From Pirellulales bacterium (GTDB lineage: Bacteria > Planctomycetota > Planctomycetia > Pirellulales > UBA1268): a stretch of DNA of 64,000 bases. Under the pieces are notes generated by a model, which saw only the letters and a list, made by a program, of their open reading frames with translations, did not search any database and was not told the DNA's origin. The stretch is taken from NCBI GenBank assembly GCA_044236455.1, contig JBIIGJ010000003.1, forward strand, positions 1,806-65,805, written 5' to 3'. Made by a program: the position numbers and the translations under genes. Positions 20,831 through 29,450 of the stretch are shown here, piece by piece (the stretch's first letter is position 1; each line of letters begins with the position of its first letter).

Positions 20831-21167
20831 CGGTCGCTTCCGGTGGAGTTGCTTCAGCGGCGGCCTCGGCCTGGCGGGCGGCGGCCGTCTTACGAATCCG
20901 CTTCCGCGGAGCCTTGGGCACGGACCATTCTTTGGTGAGGCACTCGAACACCTCGGGCGACTCGTAACGGACGACGTTGCGTCCTTCGGGCATCGGGCCG
21001 ACGAGCGAGCGGAAGACCGGGGCGCCCCGCAGGGCCAGGTCGGTGCTGCAGTCGTCGGTGCCCACCTGAAGGTGCGTCTTGAGGATCTGCTCAGGGGAGT
21101 CGAAGTCGCGGATGATGAGTTCTCCGTCGGCGCCGCGAGTGACGATCCGCCATGTGTCTTTTGCCAT
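20814..21167 (-). CDS. Hypothetical protein (117 aa), Ala/Glu-rich basic C-terminal tail
   Basis: The ATG (complement of 21165-21167) is preceded on the minus strand by AGGAG. The protein reads MAKDTWRIVTRGADGELIIRDFDSPEQILKTHLQVGTDD... and has a globular-looking composition. It overlaps the HIT start by 17 nt. I recognise no motif. Confidence 0.6.
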   Translation of the reverse strand: MAKDTWRIVTRGADGELIIRDFDSPEQILKTHLQVGTDDCSTDLALRGAPVFRSLVGPMPEGRNVVRYESPEVFECLTKEWSVPKAPRKRIRKTAAARQAEAAAEATPPEATDDSAG

Positions 21168-21408
21168 TGTCGATACGCTCCTGACGGGGACGAACGGCCG
21201 GCCAAGGCGTTCGGAAGCCCACGTGTCATGAAGGGAAATCGGCAGGCGGCGGCGGCGGCTCAAGGGAGGGCGGGGGGAGTGGTCGTGGCCGTCACGGAAG
21301 CGCCTTGCCGGCACGGCGTGCTTTTCCAGTAGAAGCGTTGCAGGTGGCCCGGGACGAAACCCAGCGATAGCCGGGCTTGGCTGCAGACCGGACAAAGCGG
21401 TGGCGAAC

Positions 21409-21437
21409 TTGAGCGCCGCCGAACTGCGGCCTACATT
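21409..21437 (+). promoter_or_regulatory. Sigma-70-like promoter candidate for tRNA-Ser
   Basis: TTGAGC (21409-21414), a 17-nt spacer, then TACATT (21432-21437). The motif ends 16 nt before the tRNA 5' end. Confidence 0.4.
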
Positions 21438-21453
21438 AAAGAGCAGCCGATCT

Positions 21454-21536
21454 GGAGGGTAAGCGAATTGGCCAGCGGTCTGACTCGAAATCAGATGCCC
21501 AGCAATGGGTTGTGGGTTCGAATCCCATGCCCTCCG
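21454..21536 (+). tRNA. tRNA-Ser (anticodon CGA), class II with long variable arm; D-arm non-canonical by eye
   Basis: The acceptor is GGAGGGT/GCCCTCC. The anticodon arm is TCTGA-CTCGAAA-TCAGA (anticodon CGA). The variable arm is TGCCCAGCAATGGGTTG. The T-arm is GTGGG-TTCGAAT-CCCAT, and the discriminator is G. I could not fold a 3-4 bp D-stem from AAGCGAATTGGCCAGCGG. A strong terminator immediately downstream on the same strand supports expression. Confidence 0.7.
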
Positions 21537-21546
21537 CCTTGCGGGT

Positions 21547-21594
21547 AAGCCCGTGATTTGCAGCGTGAACGCGTGGCAAATCACGGGCTTTTTC
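21547..21594 (+). terminator. Rho-independent terminator after tRNA-Ser
   Basis: A 15-bp stem, AAGCCCGTGATTTGC (21547-21561) paired with GCAAATCACGGGCTT (21576-21590), is followed by TTTTC. Confidence 0.75.
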
Positions 21595-21855
21595 ATGCGC
21601 CGGCAGGGCTGGAGCCGGCCGGGGCCAGCCTGATCCGCAAGAAACGGTGCCGCATTTTGCAGGATGGCTTTGCAAAATAGGGCAGGTGCCAGCCGCCCTT
21701 CCCGTCGGCCCCACGCAAATGGCCCCTCTTTCAGCAGCCGCTCTTTTGCCACGGGTTTGGCATGCCGTGTGCTCGTCCACCGGAGTACCTTCGCCGGCGT
21801 ATTGCCCTCGAGGGTGTTTTCAGAGCCCGCACTGGTGGACGAGGAGGCATCTGGC

Positions 21856-22512
21856 ATGGCAACTTTCGCATCGCAGCATCGTCTCTCGAAGCCGTCTCGG
21901 ACCGATCACGGCGCCCGCGGGGAAGCCGAGCCGACCGACGAGGATCTGATTGGCCGGTTCCGCATCGCCGACGATGAGGAAGCCTTTGGTTCGCTCATGC
22001 AGCGGTATGAGCGGAAACTCTTCGGGTATCTGCGTCGCTATCTGGGCAATGCCGAGATGGCCGAGGACGTTTGCCAGGACACGTTTTTTCGCGTGCATCT
22101 GAAACGGCATTCTTTCGCGGACGGTCGGCGGTTTCGCCCCTGGCTGTATGCGATCGCCACCCATCAGGCCATCGACGCCAGTCGGCGTGCCCGACGCCAT
22201 CGGATGGTGCCCCTCGACAGCATTCCGCGGGGGGCCGACGACGGTGCAGCTCTCGTCGACATGATGTCGGGCGACGATGAGACGGCCAGCGATCGGGCCG
22301 AGCGGGAAGAGTCGAGCCGGTGGGTCTCCTCAGCGGTCCAGGAACTTCCCGAGCGAATGAGGCATCCCCTGTTTCTCGTGTATCACCAGGGGATGAAGCA
22401 CCGTGAGGTGGCAGACGCGTTGGGTATTCCCGTGGGCACCGTGAAGAGCCGCCTGCACACCGCGCTGCAAAGGCTGAACCGCTCGTGGCAGGACAGCGGT
22501 CGCCAGAATTGA
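21856..22512 (+). CDS. ECF-type RNA polymerase sigma-70 family factor
   Basis: The ATG at 21856 is preceded by GAGGAGG. Region 2 reads ..AFGSLMQRYERKLFGYLRRYLGNAEMAEDVCQDTFFRV..PWLYAIATHQAID. Region 4 reads ..LVYHQGMKHREVADALGIPVGTVKSRLHTALQRL. No anti-sigma-like gene follows. Confidence 0.9.
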   Translation: MATFASQHRLSKPSRTDHGARGEAEPTDEDLIGRFRIADDEEAFGSLMQRYERKLFGYLRRYLGNAEMAEDVCQDTFFRVHLKRHSFADGRRFRPWLYAIATHQAIDASRRARRHRMVPLDSIPRGADDGAALVDMMSGDDETASDRAEREESSRWVSSAVQELPERMRHPLFLVYHQGMKHREVADALGIPVGTVKSRLHTALQRLNRSWQDSGRQN

Positions 22513-22655
22513 CCGCGGTTCGGGGCTGACCGGACCCCATCGCCGGACGTTCGCGACGGCCATCCTGGCCGCCGCTTTCTGCGCCAGAAAAAAGCCCTGG
22601 AAGTTTTTTTACGGACAGCTAGACATATCTGAACGGATGGACACAATGGGCGGCC

Positions 22656-25600
22656 ATGAAGTCGTCACGGAAGAAGACATCGAGCGGCCCCGCCGCCGCG
22701 AACTGGCACAGGCTGGAGGTGGCGGTTCCGGAACGGAGTCAGCTCACGGTGGTCGCGGGCGGCCTGCCGGGCCGTGAGCCGCCGCAATCGAGCCGGCTCA
22801 TCGAGTCGATTGCCGCGGCCTGCCAGCCGGCGGCCCGGTTCGTTGCCGCCTGGCTCGTGGCGCCGTCTCGCCGCGTCGGGAACGAGTGGATCGAGACCCT
22901 GTCGCGGACGGGCCATCCGACCGCCAACCTCCACGTCACGACGCTTTCGGCCCTCGCCTACGACATCGTCTCCGAGTCGCTCACGCGGGAATCTCTCACG
23001 CTGGCGCCGCGACGGGCCCGGCTCGTTGCCGTGGAGCAGCTGCTCGTCGAGCATCGCGATCAGCTCCGTTCGTTCGCCGGCACCGGTGGCTCTCTTCAGC
23101 GGCTCGCCGAACGGGTGTTGCACAGCCTGGAATCGCTCCGGACCGCCGGCCTTACCGCTGCCGAGGTGACGCGGGGCCTGCGCATATCGGGCCGCGCATC
23201 CGACAAGGCCCACGACCTGGCCCTGCTCATGGATCGCTATGCCGCGAGGCTGCGGCAGATGAATCTGATCGACGTCGCCGGCGAGCTGAAACTCGCGGTG
23301 GAGCACGCCCGCGCAGGCACACTGCCCGAGTCGCTCGGTCGGCTGCTCGTGCCCGATGATCTCGATCCGCCACGGCTCGAAAAGGAATTGCTCGACGCCC
23401 TGCGGGACTCGCCGCGAGTCGAGGTGCAGATGCTGGCCACTGATCCTCCCGTGCCCGAGGTCGCCCTGTTTCCCGGTCTCGAACGCACGGCGATGTTTTG
23501 CGCGGCCGGTGCATCGAACGAGGTGCGGTTTGTGCTCCGCACCTGCCTTCGGCTGGGCCTGCGGCTCGACGAGGTGGAGGTGGTCCACGCCGACGCCTCC
23601 ACCTATCCCACACTGATCCGCGACATCGTGGCTGCGTTGCCGAGCGACGAAGGGGAGCGGCAGGGGGCTCGCCGGGCCGATCACCTGCCTGTCACGTTTG
23701 CCGAAGGTCTGCCGCTGGCCGATGCGAAGCCCGGCCGGGCGCTCGCGGCATGGATCGAGTGGCGCCGCGATGGCCATCCGCAATCAGGGCTCGAACGGAT
23801 GCTGCGGGATGGGCTGATCGAGCTCCGCGACAAGACCGCCGATGCGCCGCGGCCATCGGCGCTCGTCCGCGAGCTGCGGAGCGTGCGGGTCGGACGGGGG
23901 TTGGAACGCACGGTGGCGCTCGTGGCGGCAGCGGCGGCGCGGGTGCGGGAGCAGCCGCCTGCGTCGTTTGCCCGGGGCCGTCATGACGACGACGACTGGT
24001 CCGACGCTGGCGAGATTGGCGAAGAGCAGCTCGTGGCCCGCAAGCAACGCCACGTCGTGCTTTTGGGGGCCTTGCAGAAACTCACGCAGCAGCTGGCCGA
24101 CTGCGAAGGGGCCGCGGAGCCCACCGGCGAAACGGTGCTGCGCGGCGCCCGGACCTTCATCGACACGCTCTGCGTCTCCGAGAGTGAGTTCGACGGCAAT
24201 GCGCGGCGGCTGCTTCTCGACGAGATCGATGCGATGCTGGAGTGGCAGGGGGATCGTGGCGCAGCGAATGATCGTGAGATCCTCGACTGGCTCGAGCGAC
24301 TGCCGCAGGAATTGGTCGTGCTCGGGTCAGGGCCCAGGCCCGGTTGCCTGCATGTGAGTGCGCTGGGAACCGGCGGCCACTCGGGACGGCCCTACACCTT
24401 CGTGCTCGGCCTCGACGAGAACAGGTTTCCGGGAAGCGGCGCAACCGATCCGCTGTTGACCGACGGTGAGCGGACGCTCCTCAACGCAGCGCAGCCCGAC
24501 GCCCGGCTGACGGTGGCCCACGACGCAGCGGCGCGGAACCTGCTGTCGTGGCGGCGGCTCATGGGCCGGCTGCGCGGCCGCATCTGGCTGGGCTTCTCCT
24601 GCCGCGATACGGCCGAGGACGGGGAGGTGTTTCCGTCGCCCGTGCTTCTCTCGCTCTTCGCCGTGTCCACCGGGAATCCGCTGGCGAAGGTCGATGATCT
24701 GCTCAAGGCCTTGCCGCCCGCCGAGACGCTCGTTCCTACGGATCCGGAAGCGGCCTTGGATGAGACACAGTGGTGGCTCGCGTCGCTTGGCCTCCACGCC
24801 ACTCCATCGCAACTCGACGAGGCGCTGACTGCCCACCGCGGCCACCTCGCCCATGGCCAGACGGCCGAGACCGCCCGTTCATCGGATCAATTCACGCCGT
24901 ACGACGGCCATGTGCCGGCTGCGGGGCGGCTGCTCGATCCGCGGGCGGATCATGGGCGAGCGGCCTCGGCGAACAGCCTCGAGATGCTTGGAGGCTGTCC
25001 GCGGCGGTTCTTTTTTCGATATGGCCTCGGCATCGAGGCCCCCGAGACGTTTGACGACGACGCGGACCGCTGGCTCAACGCCCTCGACGCGGGCAGCCTG
25101 CTCCACACCGTGCTCGAGCGGTTCATGCGCGGCGTCATCGAGCGGGCGGAACTGCCCGAGGTCGAGCGGCATCTCGATGGACTGTTGGAGATTCTCGACG
25201 AGGAACTGGACGAGAGCCGTCGCAAGCATCCGCCGCTGACCGAGCTGTCATTCGCCGCCCGCCGCGCCGAAATGCAGCTGACGATGCAGACGTTTCTGCA
25301 CGACGAGGAACGCTCGTGCCGCGAAATGGGGCTGCGTCCGCTGGCCCTGGAAGTGGCGATTGGTGTCGAGCCCGGCGACAACGGCACCCCCTTCGACTGC
25401 CGCGATCCGGTGACCGTGACGCTTGCCCCCGGTGAGACGATCCGGCTTCGCGGCCGCATCGACCGGATCGACGTTCGCGACGACGGCACGGGTGGCTCCT
25501 CCTACACGCTGTGGGACTACAAGAGCGGCAGCGGCTTCGGGTTTCCGACGACCGGGGCCGACGATCCGTTTGTGGGCGGCCGCAAGCTCCAGCACGGGCT

Positions 25601-28600
25601 CTACGTCGTGATGCTGCACGAGCGGCTGGCGCCGGGCTCGGGACTGGCCGGCGGCAGCGTGGAAAGGTTTGGCTACTTCTTTCCCAGCCGCGCCGGCAAG
25701 GGACGGCGGCTGGCGTGGACAAGCACGCAACTCGAAGGCTGTGTCATGCTCGTTCGACAGTTGGCCGAGATCGCTTCGCATGGCACGTTTCTGCCGACGA
25801 GCAGTGCCGCCGACTGCACGCACTGCGACTTTGCGACGGTCTGCGGCGATCCGGCTCGCGTGACCCGCGACGCAGCCCGCAAGCTGGCCGCGTCGGAGTC
25901 GCTCCGGCAGCTGTTCGAGGGGCTGCGGGGCACGCCCCGACCCGCGACGGCCCCCGAGGTGAGGCGACCGCGGGCCGAGCCCTGGTCGCTCACACCGCAT
26001 CCGGCCGTTCCCGACACGCCCCCGGATGAGCCGACCAGGAAGCGTATTCGCGAGGATTTGGCCACGACACTGTTGGTCGAGGCAGCCGCGGGCACTGGCA
26101 AGACATCCTCGATGGTCGACCGGATGCTCGGGCTCGTGCGGACGGGCGTGGCCAGGCCGGAGTCGGTCGTGGCCGTCACGTTCACGAAGAAGGCGGCGGG
26201 CGAGCTTCGCCGTCGCTTCCGGGAGAAGTTGCAGCAGGCCGTGGCCACGACGAGTGATTCGACGGAGCAGCAGCGGCTGGCCGCGGCGCTTGAACGCATC
26301 GACCGCATGGTGATCGGCACGATTCATGCCTTCGCCGGACGGCTCCTGCGGGAGCGGCCGATCGAGGCGGGCGTCGATCCGGGCTTCCGAGAACTCGACG
26401 ACCCGGCCGATCGGCTGCTGCGTCGCCAGGCATGGCGCGAGTTCGTCACCGCTGCGCCGACCGATCATGCTGATCTCCTCGCCCGACTGGAGGCTGTCGG
26501 GCTGCGGCTCGGCGACTTCAGCCGACTGTTTCTCGACCGCTTTGCCACCTACGGCGACGTCGATGCCTGGCCGGCTCCCGAGACCCCCGCTCCCGACACC
26601 GGGCGGATCGTGGCGGAACTGGAGCCGTTTGTGAACGACATCGAGGCGGCTGAATTGTCGCCGTCGGCCGACCGGGGGACCGATGAACTGATGACGGCGC
26701 TCGAACAGTTTTCCCGAATGTTTCGCCGGTGCGACACGTCGTCGTCGGTGGCCGTGATGGATCTCCTCGGGGAACTCGACCGCGCGCCGAAAGTCATCCA
26801 GAAATACTGGCCGGGCGCCGGTGCCACCGATGCCGAGGTGAAGGCGGCCCGCAAGGCGGCGGCCGAGAGGTGGCAGGCCGCATGGGATGACATCGGGGAG
26901 CGGATCGTGCGGCCGGCGCTCTGGCAGTGGCGGGCGCATCGCTATCCGTTGGCGATCGCGACGCTGCAGGCGGCGTTGGCTGTCTATGACCGGCTTCGGG
27001 CCGAGCGCGGCGTCCTCTCGTTTCAGGATCTGCTCTGCAAGGCGGCGGGGCTGCTGGCCCGCTCGCCCGAGACACGCCGCAGCTTCCGCAGCCGCTACAC
27101 GCACATTCTCGTGGATGAGTTCCAGGACACCGACCCTGTGCAGGCCCAGTTGCTGCTGCTGCTCACGGCCTCGGACCCCGATGAAACCGACTGGCGGCGG
27201 TGCCGGCCCGTGCCCGGATCGCTCTTTGTCGTAGGGGATCCGAAGCAGTCGCTCTATCGCTTCCGCCGGGCCGACATCGTCACCTACGCAACAGTGAAGG
27301 AGATCATCGAGTCAGCCGGGGCGGTACTGGCACTCACGACGAACTTCCGCAGCAGGGGGGATCTCGTCGACTGGGCCAATGGCATCTTCCAGACGGAATT
27401 CCCATCCGCGCCCACGCTCCAATCGCCATCGTTCACTCCGAGCATCACCGGCCGCCAGGAACAGCCGGCGACGGGCGGCGCGGATCAGATGCATTGGCTC
27501 ACGGGAGTGCGGGCCCTGCGGTTCATGCGATCCGGCCATGCGGGCGACGCGTGGGCCGAACGGGAAGCAGGCGAAATCGCAGCGTTCATCCGCGGTGCCA
27601 TCGATGCGGGCTTCGCGGTGCCCCGCACGAAGTCGGAAACCGCCAAGGGTCTTTCCCCCGCCTGTCGGCCCGGCGACTTTCTGATCGTCGGCCGGGAGCG
27701 GAAGCATCTGGGCATCTACGCGAAGGCACTGCATGCGGCCGGGTTACCGGTGGATGTCACGGGCACGGTGGGCGAGGATCAGGCTGAGTCGCTCCGGAAC
27801 GTGAGTGATTGCCTGGCGGTGCTTGCCGACCCGGATGATCCCGTGGCGGCCCTGGCGCTGCTGCGCGGTGCTGTCTTCGGGTTCAGCGATGCCGATCTGC
27901 ATGCCTACAAGGTGCAGGGAGGTCGGTTCGGTGGCGGGATCGACGTGCCCGCCGGCCTGGAGCCGGCACTCCGGGAACGGTGCGAGGGCGCCCGCGACGC
28001 CCTGAATCGCTGGCGAAGGTGGGTGCGGCAGTTGCCCGTGGTTGCGGCAATCGAGCGGGTGATCGATGACGCTGGCCTCATGCTCATCGCCGCAGCGGCG
28101 GACGGCGAGGCAGGCCCGCGGGGTCGGGCTATCGCCGGACTGCTCCATAAATACCTGGAAACGATCCGCAGCGTTCGGCTCGACATCGTCTCCATCCACG
28201 ACTGCCTCGATCTCCTCGACGACATGGTAGATACGGCGACTCGTGCTGAGTTTGACCCGCTGTCGATCGACGCACCGTCGGTCGACCGTGTGCGGGTCAT
28301 GAACCTGCACAAGGCAAAGGGACTCGAGGCTCCGGTGGTGTTTCTCGCCGACTACCAGTGCCGCGAGGCCGGTGACAAGCCGGAGGACGGACCGTTCCTG
28401 CACATCGACCGCGCGGGCAACCGTACGGAGGGATGGCTCGCCGTGACCACGCCCGTCGGCCGTTCGCAGCGAATCGTCGCCGCTCCGCCGGGTTGGCCCG
28501 ATCTGTGTGCGCGGGAACGCGGCTTCGAGGCGGCCGAGCAGATCCGTCTCGATTACGTAGCGGCCACGCGGCCTGGGGCGTGCCTGGTCGTGTCGCTCTT

Positions 28601-29450
28601 CGAGAAGCACGATGCCGGCACGAAGTCGCGGCCCGAGTCGTTCAGGGCCGAGGGGGCCTGGCAGCGATTCGGTTCGTCGCTCGCGGATGCAGGTGATCTT
28701 CCGGATCCGGTCGTGGACGGCACCCGGACTGCCGGAGCCGCGGGATCTGTCGCCATCACTCCGCCAGCGGCACTTGGTGAAGGCCTCCGCCAGCGGTTCG
28801 CCACCTGCGCGCAGCCCACGTTCGCGCGGATCTCGCCCCGCGAGGTGCTGACGGAGCCTGCCGAGGGCATCCGATTCACCGGGCATGGGCTCGGGGAGCC
28901 GTGGGGCCGCGTGATCCACTGCCTGCTCGAGCTCGCGGCCCGCGATCCGAGGCTCGATCTCGAGGCAGCGGCTGCAATGGCGCTGTCGGCCGAGGAACTG
29001 TCGCCTGGCCACCTCGGGCGGGCCGTGGCAACCGTGCGGGACGTCATGGCGAGCGACGTCTGGCGGCGGTCGCAGGCCAGCGGTCAGCGGTATGTGGAAG
29101 TGCCGTTCTCGCTGCAGGTGCGGGGCGAGGACCTTCCAGAAAAGGTCCGCAGACTGTCTGGGGAGGGTGGGCCGCCGTTGCCGACGGTCGTGCGTGGCGT
29201 CATTGATCTCGTCTTTCTGGAGCCTGACGGCCCGCGGGAATCTGGCGGCGATCGGTGGACCGTCGTTGACTGGAAGACCGACTCCGTCACGGCGGCGAGC
29301 GAGTCGCTTCTCGAAGAGCATTACCGTCCCCAAGTCGAACTCTATGCCCATTGTTGGGCGGAGTGCTGGAGCCGCCTTCATGATCGATGGGTAGGAGCGA
29401 CCGAGACAATAAGCGACACTGCAGGCACGCATCCCGGAGAAACAATATGA
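22656..29450 (+). CDS. Single-chain AddB-AddA-type helicase-nuclease. An AddB-like half with a PD-(D/E)XK/Fe-S nuclease is fused to a UvrD/AddA-like SF1 helicase with a RecB-type nuclease.
   Basis: In the N-terminal half, Cys781 (GGCPRRFFFRYGL) plus C1054-x2-C-x5-C1063 (CTHCDFATVC) flank the nuclease motifs GRIDRID and LWDYKSG, which is the AddB iron-sulfur nuclease layout. The C-terminal half carries Walker A AAAGTGKTS (aa ~1143-1151), TFTKKAAGEL, IGTIHAF, ILVDEFQDTD, FVVGDPKQSLYRFRRAD, TTNFRS, VMNLHKAKGLE, and the terminal nuclease RGVIDLVFLE..WTVVDWKTD..YRPQVELYAHCW. Confidence 0.9.
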   Translation: MKSSRKKTSSGPAAANWHRLEVAVPERSQLTVVAGGLPGREPPQSSRLIESIAAACQPAARFVAAWLVAPSRRVGNEWIETLSRTGHPTANLHVTTLSALAYDIVSESLTRESLTLAPRRARLVAVEQLLVEHRDQLRSFAGTGGSLQRLAERVLHSLESLRTAGLTAAEVTRGLRISGRASDKAHDLALLMDRYAARLRQMNLIDVAGELKLAVEHARAGTLPESLGRLLVPDDLDPPRLEKELLDALRDSPRVEVQMLATDPPVPEVALFPGLERTAMFCAAGASNEVRFVLRTCLRLGLRLDEVEVVHADASTYPTLIRDIVAALPSDEGERQGARRADHLPVTFAEGLPLADAKPGRALAAWIEWRRDGHPQSGLERMLRDGLIELRDKTADAPRPSALVRELRSVRVGRGLERTVALVAAAAARVREQPPASFARGRHDDDDWSDAGEIGEEQLVARKQRHVVLLGALQKLTQQLADCEGAAEPTGETVLRGARTFIDTLCVSESEFDGNARRLLLDEIDAMLEWQGDRGAANDREILDWLERLPQELVVLGSGPRPGCLHVSALGTGGHSGRPYTFVLGLDENRFPGSGATDPLLTDGERTLLNAAQPDARLTVAHDAAARNLLSWRRLMGRLRGRIWLGFSCRDTAEDGEVFPSPVLLSLFAVSTGNPLAKVDDLLKALPPAETLVPTDPEAALDETQWWLASLGLHATPSQLDEALTAHRGHLAHGQTAETARSSDQFTPYDGHVPAAGRLLDPRADHGRAASANSLEMLGGCPRRFFFRYGLGIEAPETFDDDADRWLNALDAGSLLHTVLERFMRGVIERAELPEVERHLDGLLEILDEELDESRRKHPPLTELSFAARRAEMQLTMQTFLHDEERSCREMGLRPLALEVAIGVEPGDNGTPFDCRDPVTVTLAPGETIRLRGRIDRIDVRDDGTGGSSYTLWDYKSGSGFGFPTTGADDPFVGGRKLQHGLYVVMLHERLAPGSGLAGGSVERFGYFFPSRAGKGRRLAWTSTQLEGCVMLVRQLAEIASHGTFLPTSSAADCTHCDFATVCGDPARVTRDAARKLAASESLRQLFEGLRGTPRPATAPEVRRPRAEPWSLTPHPAVPDTPPDEPTRKRIREDLATTLLVEAAAGTGKTSSMVDRMLGLVRTGVARPESVVAVTFTKKAAGELRRRFREKLQQAVATTSDSTEQQRLAAALERIDRMVIGTIHAFAGRLLRERPIEAGVDPGFRELDDPADRLLRRQAWREFVTAAPTDHADLLARLEAVGLRLGDFSRLFLDRFATYGDVDAWPAPETPAPDTGRIVAELEPFVNDIEAAELSPSADRGTDELMTALEQFSRMFRRCDTSSSVAVMDLLGELDRAPKVIQKYWPGAGATDAEVKAARKAAAERWQAAWDDIGERIVRPALWQWRAHRYPLAIATLQAALAVYDRLRAERGVLSFQDLLCKAAGLLARSPETRRSFRSRYTHILVDEFQDTDPVQAQLLLLLTASDPDETDWRRCRPVPGSLFVVGDPKQSLYRFRRADIVTYATVKEIIESAGAVLALTTNFRSRGDLVDWANGIFQTEFPSAPTLQSPSFTPSITGRQEQPATGGADQMHWLTGVRALRFMRSGHAGDAWAEREAGEIAAFIRGAIDAGFAVPRTKSETAKGLSPACRPGDFLIVGRERKHLGIYAKALHAAGLPVDVTGTVGEDQAESLRNVSDCLAVLADPDDPVAALALLRGAVFGFSDADLHAYKVQGGRFGGGIDVPAGLEPALRERCEGARDALNRWRRWVRQLPVVAAIERVIDDAGLMLIAAAADGEAGPRGRAIAGLLHKYLETIRSVRLDIVSIHDCLDLLDDMVDTATRAEFDPLSIDAPSVDRVRVMNLHKAKGLEAPVVFLADYQCREAGDKPEDGPFLHIDRAGNRTEGWLAVTTPVGRSQRIVAAPPGWPDLCARERGFEAAEQIRLDYVAATRPGACLVVSLFEKHDAGTKSRPESFRAEGAWQRFGSSLADAGDLPDPVVDGTRTAGAAGSVAITPPAALGEGLRQRFATCAQPTFARISPREVLTEPAEGIRFTGHGLGEPWGRVIHCLLELAARDPRLDLEAAAAMALSAEELSPGHLGRAVATVRDVMASDVWRRSQASGQRYVEVPFSLQVRGEDLPEKVRRLSGEGGPPLPTVVRGVIDLVFLEPDGPRESGGDRWTVVDWKTDSVTAASESLLEEHYRPQVELYAHCWAECWSRLHDRWVGATETISDTAGTHPGETI

